From NCBI GenBank assembly GCA_045538685.1, contig JAZSRX010000006.1, forward strand, positions 1 to 62,441: DNA of 62,441 nucleotides. Reading direction: 5' to 3'. Source of the DNA: Eubacteriales bacterium. Its GTDB lineage: Bacteria > Bacillota > Clostridia > Oscillospirales > CAG-272. How positions within the stretch are numbered: the first letter of the stretch is position 1; each line of letters begins with the position of its first letter. The notes beneath the pieces were generated by a model. That model saw nothing but the letters and a program-made list of their open reading frames with translations, searched no databases and was not told the DNA's origin. Shown piece by piece: positions 58,225 through 62,441 of the stretch. A program made the translations under genes and the position numbers.

Positions 58225-59016
58225 TTATATTTTATTGGGAATTACAACCGAGGAATGAGAGGAAACATTAATGTGTCTTCCATCTTTAGTTTCAATAATC
58301 AGTGCCATATTTTCTTTGTTAATGCCGATAACCTTAACACTTTTTTTCTTTCCGTCCTCAATAAATTTAATTTTTTTATCGGTAAGGGCGAATTTGTTAA
58401 CGTAATGGTTCAGGTGCTTTGCGGGATTTTTAATTTCTCTGTATATGGCAAAAAATCTGTTAAGAACGGTTTTAGCCATAATCATAGGAATTGTAGGGCA
58501 ATCGTCCTCGAACACACGCCTTACCATATCTGTAAGACGGGGAGTGAATTTCTTATCCAGTTTAACTGCAAAGCTTACGATAAGATATTCATATGATGTA
58601 AAGTTATCAAGCTTTCCTTCTACCGATGTGCAACCGATTTTCACACCGTCAGAGTATATATCGCTAACCCATCCGATGCCAATGTTTTTCATTGTATGTT
58701 CTTCCAGTGCAGAAGCCAGTGCCACAGCACTTAAAGGGCCGATACTTCCTGCTTGGGAAGGGAAGATAGAAGGGCGGAGTATACAAGATAGGAAAATACC
58801 TTTTTCGGGTTCGTTTTCGGATACCGATCCTCCAACCGCCGAAACTGCCGTTTGCTGTTCTGCAAATACCACATATCTGTCGGGATATCCGCCTCTTGCA
58901 TATTCCTTTGCCAATGCTACCGTTGATGGCAGCGATTCTCTGTATTCAAGCTTGACAGTATTACCGTCAGAAGCACGAAAGGAAACGATATTCACTTCGT
59001 TTTGCATCTCTGCCAC
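58225..59016 (-). CDS. Biotin-protein-ligase-like protein (divergent)
   Basis: LPST, VVFAEQQT, GIFLSCILRP, DIYSDGVKIG and a C-terminal SH3-like VIGIN segment; the GRGR loop is absent. Confidence 0.7.
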   Translation of the reverse strand: MAEMQNEVNIVSFRASDGNTVKLEYRESLPSTVALAKEYARGGYPDRYVVFAEQQTAVSAVGGSVSENEPEKGIFLSCILRPSIFPSQAGSIGPLSAVALASALEEHTMKNIGIGWVSDIYSDGVKIGCTSVEGKLDNFTSYEYLIVSFAVKLDKKFTPRLTDMVRRVFEDDCPTIPMIMAKTVLNRFFAIYREIKNPAKHLNHYVNKFALTDKKIKFIEDGKKKSVKVIGINKENMALIIETKDGRHINVSSHSSVVIPNKI

Positions 59017-59046
59017 CTCCTTTAGCCGAATTTGTAAAGTTAATAA

Positions 59047-60495
59047 TTAATATGCCTTGCCCCAGTAAACAAGCTTCTTTGCTTCTCTGCCGCAGCAAAC
59101 GCACTTATTGCCGATGGGCTCCATACCAAAGGGCATACATCTGGAGGTTACATCTGCCTCCTCTTTAAGCTTCAGCTCGCAATCAAGTTCACCGCACCAC
59201 ATTGCCTTGATATATCCGTTGTTCTCGGACGCAATCTTTTTAAGCTCATCAAGGGTTTCTGCCGTGAATGTACGGTTTTCTCTGTTCTGAAGTGCCTTTT
59301 CAAATATTGCCTGCTGAAGATTTTTAAGTCCTTCTGCAACCGCCTCGTTAAGATTATCGAGAGAAATAAAGTTCTTTTCTCTGTTGTCACGTCTTACAAT
59401 AACGCACTTGTTTTCTGCAATATCGCGAGGACCGACCTCAACACGAAGGGGAACACCCTTCATCTCATATTCCGAGAACTTCCAACCGGGCGACTGTTCG
59501 GATGCGTCAACCTTAACTCTGTAACCCCATCCTCTGAGAAGATCGGCAATCTCATTTGCCTTGTCAATAACACCTTCCTTATGCTGCTGAACAGGAATAA
59601 CAACAACCTGAATGGGAGCAACTGCAGGGGGAAGTACAAGACCGGAATCGTCGCCGTGAGTCATAATGATACCGCCGATAATTCTGGTAGATACACCCCA
59701 AGAGGTTTCAAAGGGATATTTAAGCTGATTGTCGTTGTCAAGGAATTGAATGTCAAATGCCTTAGAGAAACCGTTGCCGAAGTTGTGAGATGTACCGCCC
59801 TGAAGTGCCTTACCATCGTGCATAAGTGCCTCAACAGTATAGGTTGCCTCCGCACCGGCGAACTTCTCCTTATCGGTTTTCTGTCCCTTGATTACAGGAA
59901 TACCGAGATCCTTTTCGAAGAAATCTGCGTAAACGTTGAGCATCTGAACGGTTCTTTCCTCTGCCTCTTCTGCGGTTCTGTGCATAGTGTGACCTTCCTG
60001 CCAAAGGAATTCACGTGATCTGAGGAAGGGACGTGTTGTCTTTTCCCAACGAACAACAGAGCACCACTGGTTATAAACCTTGGGAAGATCTCTGTAAGAT
60101 TTAATAATGTTAGCATAATGCTCACAGAAAAGAGTTTCGGATGTGGGGCGAACACAAAGACGCTCTGCAAGTCTTTCTTCACCGCCGTGTGTTACCCAAG
60201 CAACCTCGGGAGCGAATCCCTCTACGTGATCCTTTTCCTTTTTAAGCAAGGACTCGGGAATGAACATAGGCATATATACATTTTCAACGCCTGTTTCCTT
60301 GAACTTTGCGTCGAGAATTTTCTGAATGTTTTCCCAGATAGCATATCCGTAGGGACGGATAATCATACAGCCCTTAACACTGGAGTAGTCGATAAGGTCT
60401 GCTTTCTTAACGATATCGGTATACCACTTGGCAAAATCTTCATCCATCGCGGTAATCTCAGTAACTAACTTTTTGTTATTTTCATTGCCTGCCAT
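59047..60495 (-). CDS. proS: Proline--tRNA ligase (eukaryote/archaeal-like type)
   Basis: [32 protein letters not shown] and C-terminal WGKAY. Confidence 0.97.
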   Translation of the reverse strand: MAGNENNKKLVTEITAMDEDFAKWYTDIVKKADLIDYSSVKGCMIIRPYGYAIWENIQKILDAKFKETGVENVYMPMFIPESLLKKEKDHVEGFAPEVAWVTHGGEERLAERLCVRPTSETLFCEHYANIIKSYRDLPKVYNQWCSVVRWEKTTRPFLRSREFLWQEGHTMHRTAEEAEERTVQMLNVYADFFEKDLGIPVIKGQKTDKEKFAGAEATYTVEALMHDGKALQGGTSHNFGNGFSKAFDIQFLDNDNQLKYPFETSWGVSTRIIGGIIMTHGDDSGLVLPPAVAPIQVVVIPVQQHKEGVIDKANEIADLLRGWGYRVKVDASEQSPGWKFSEYEMKGVPLRVEVGPRDIAENKCVIVRRDNREKNFISLDNLNEAVAEGLKNLQQAIFEKALQNRENRTFTAETLDELKKIASENNGYIKAMWCGELDCELKLKEEADVTSRCMPFGMEPIGNKCVCCGREAKKLVYWGKAY

Positions 60496-60742
60496 AAAAC
60501 AGTCTGTCCTTTCAAAAATCAAAAAAAATTCATACAGATTAAATTATATATCAAATTAAAGATTTTGTCAAGATGTTTTGAAATCATCGGCTTGTTTTTT
60601 GAAAAATAAAATATTTTGACAAAATTTGCAAAATCACTTGAAAAAAGCTTCATAATATACTATAATATAGGGGTGATTTTAGATAAATACCCTCAAAATA
60701 TGAATTTTTAATCGCAAAAACATTCAAAAAGGTATATAGACA

Positions 60743-62020
60743 ATGAAAAAATATTCAGAGCTCTCTTCAGAAGAGCTTAATGGGGAATACGAAAAAATCC
60801 TCACGCAGTATAATAATTACAAAGCTATGGGATTAAAGCTTGATCTTTCGAGAGGAAAGCCAAACTCCGATCAGCTTGACATAAGTCTTCCTCTTCTTTC
60901 AGAGGCAAGACCGAGAGAAAAGTGTTTTTCCATAAACGGTGTGGACTGCCGTAATTACGGTGTTCTTGACGGAATTCCCGAGATGAAACAGCTTTTCTCG
61001 GATATGCTTGGTATCAAAACAGAGTATATAACCGTAGGAGGAAACTCCTCGCTTCAGCTTATGTACGACACTCTTGCAAGAGCGATGCTCTTCGGTGTTC
61101 TCGGTTCTCGCCGTCCTTGGTGCAAGGAGGAGATAAAAAAATGGATTTGTGTAACTCCCGGTTATGACAGACATTTTAAAATGACCGAGCTCTTTGGATT
61201 CGAGCTTATCTCTGTTCCCATGACTCCCACAGGACCTGATATGGATATGGTAGAAACCATAGTAAAAGATCCTACCGTAAAGGGAATCTGGTGTGTTCCC
61301 AAGTATTCTAATCCTTCGGGAAACACATATTCCGATGAAACGGTTCGTCGCCTTGCAGCAATGGAATGTGCGGCACCTGATTTCCGTATTATGTGGGATA
61401 ATGCTTATGCCGTTCATAATTTCAGAGGAGAGTGCGATAAGCTTCTTGACATATTTACCGAGGCGGAAAAGTGTGGTACACTTGACAGAATTTTCTATTT
61501 TGCTTCCACTTCGAAAATTACCTTCCCGGGCGGAGGTGTTGCAATGCTCGCCGCTTCTCCCGCTAACCTTCAGCATATTTCCCAGTTCCTTGGTGTGCAG
61601 ACTATCGGATACGATAAGCTTAATCAGCTTCGTCACACTACCTACTTTAAGAACAGAGAAGCACTTGATAATCATATGAAAATTCTTGCCGAATTTATCG
61701 GAAGAAAGTTTTATATTACCCTGAAGGCACTTGACGGTTTAAGAGGACTTGATATTGCAAAATGGACAGAGCCAAACGGTGGATATTTTGTTAATCTTGA
61801 CGTTCTTCCCGGAACGGCAAAAAGGGTTTATCAGCTTATGGAAGAGGCAGGTGTGACTCTTACCGCAGTAGGTGCAACATATCCTTACGGAATAGATCCT
61901 GAGGATAAGAACCTTCGTATAGCTCCCACCTACCCAACAGACGAGGAAGTTGAGCTTGCAACCAATATTCTTGTTATTACAGTGAAATTGGCTGCTCTTG
62001 AAAAATATATGAAAAACTGA
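60743..62020 (+). CDS. PLP-dependent class I aminotransferase (aspartate aminotransferase-like)
   Basis: LDLSRGKP, PGYDRHF, PKYSNPSG, WDNAY, ASTSKIT and RIAPT motifs. Confidence 0.9.
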   Translation: MKKYSELSSEELNGEYEKILTQYNNYKAMGLKLDLSRGKPNSDQLDISLPLLSEARPREKCFSINGVDCRNYGVLDGIPEMKQLFSDMLGIKTEYITVGGNSSLQLMYDTLARAMLFGVLGSRRPWCKEEIKKWICVTPGYDRHFKMTELFGFELISVPMTPTGPDMDMVETIVKDPTVKGIWCVPKYSNPSGNTYSDETVRRLAAMECAAPDFRIMWDNAYAVHNFRGECDKLLDIFTEAEKCGTLDRIFYFASTSKITFPGGGVAMLAASPANLQHISQFLGVQTIGYDKLNQLRHTTYFKNREALDNHMKILAEFIGRKFYITLKALDGLRGLDIAKWTEPNGGYFVNLDVLPGTAKRVYQLMEEAGVTLTAVGATYPYGIDPEDKNLRIAPTYPTDEEVELATNILVITVKLAALEKYMKN

Positions 62021-62024
62021 TTAT

Positions 62025-62058
62025 AAAGCGAGGCAGAATACAAAATGCCTCGCTTTTT
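62025..62058 (+). terminator. Intrinsic terminator
   Basis: AAAGCGAGGCA / TGCCTCGCTTTTT. Confidence 0.8.
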
Positions 62059-62441
62059 GCATAGCGAAAACCACGCGAAAGTCGCGTGGTTCAAAAGAGG
62101 TTAACCGATGAACAAAACAAAATCCTCCATTTGTGTTAATATAGAAAAGACCTGCCAGTCATACAAAACACAAATGGAGGATTTAAAAATGAAAAAAGAA
62201 CAAAATGACACAAATAGTTTAGCACACACAAAATGGAACTGCAAGTACCATATAGTTTTTGCTCCGAAATATAGACGAAAAGTTTTCTACGAAGATAAAA
62301 GGTTGGAAATAAGAGAAATATTAAGAAAACTTTGCGAATGGAAAGGCGTAGAGATAGTTGAAGGAGAAGTATGTCCAGACCATATACATATACTGGTAAG
62401 TATCCCACCCAAAATGAGTGTTTCGGGATTTATGGGATATT
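62057..62441 (+). mobile_element. IS200/IS605-family element, left part (truncated by the window edge)
   Basis: End hairpin AACCACGCGAAAGTCGCGTGGTT, RBS-sequestering hairpin at 62120-62184, then tnpA. Confidence 0.9.
62189..62441 (+). CDS. tnpA: IS200 Y1 (HUH) transposase, partial
   Basis: MKKEQNDTNSLAHTKWNCKYHIVFAPKYRRK...DHIHILVSIPPKMSVS; absent from the ORF track because it runs off the window. Confidence 0.95.
   Translation, partial: MKKEQNDTNSLAHTKWNCKYHIVFAPKYRRKVFYEDKRLEIREILRKLCEWKGVEIVEGEVCPDHIHILVSIPPKMSVSGFMGY

Noticed and set aside
62136-62408. 90-aa minus-strand ORF
   Set aside because: Antisense to IS200 tnpA.

Overview
Chromosomal window from a low-GC, spore-forming Clostridia-like bacterium (inferred from spoIIR, yaaT, a SpoIVFB-like M50 protease, a T-box and a lysine riboswitch). 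Most of it is core genes: tyrS, dapA-dapB-ddh-lysA, tig-clpP-clpX, lepB-rbgA-rnhB-yraN-thrC, holB-yaaT, smpB, gpsA, potABCD and proS. Accessory content includes a galactoside operon (GH36, GPH permease, GH1), a metal cluster (ArsR, HMA, P1B ATPase), a COG0523 GTPase pair, several surface lipoproteins (BspA-like LRR, Cys/His module) and an IS200 transposase cut by the right edge. Most notable: (1) a 1085-aa protein with extracellular Ig/MBG-like repeats, one TM helix and a cytoplasmic ribosomal-protein-uL15-like domain (46391-49648); (2) an unannotated, hairpin-rich ~450-nt transcription unit carrying a 31-aa Cys peptide ORF whose RBS is self-sequestered (24535-25017); (3) a tRNA-Lys with a non-pairing 3' acceptor strand, suggesting an integration junction at the left edge; (4) a candidate leaderless leader-peptide attenuator before rluA-alaX. 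No CRISPR array or rRNA was seen. All family calls come from motif recognition by eye; no database searches were run.
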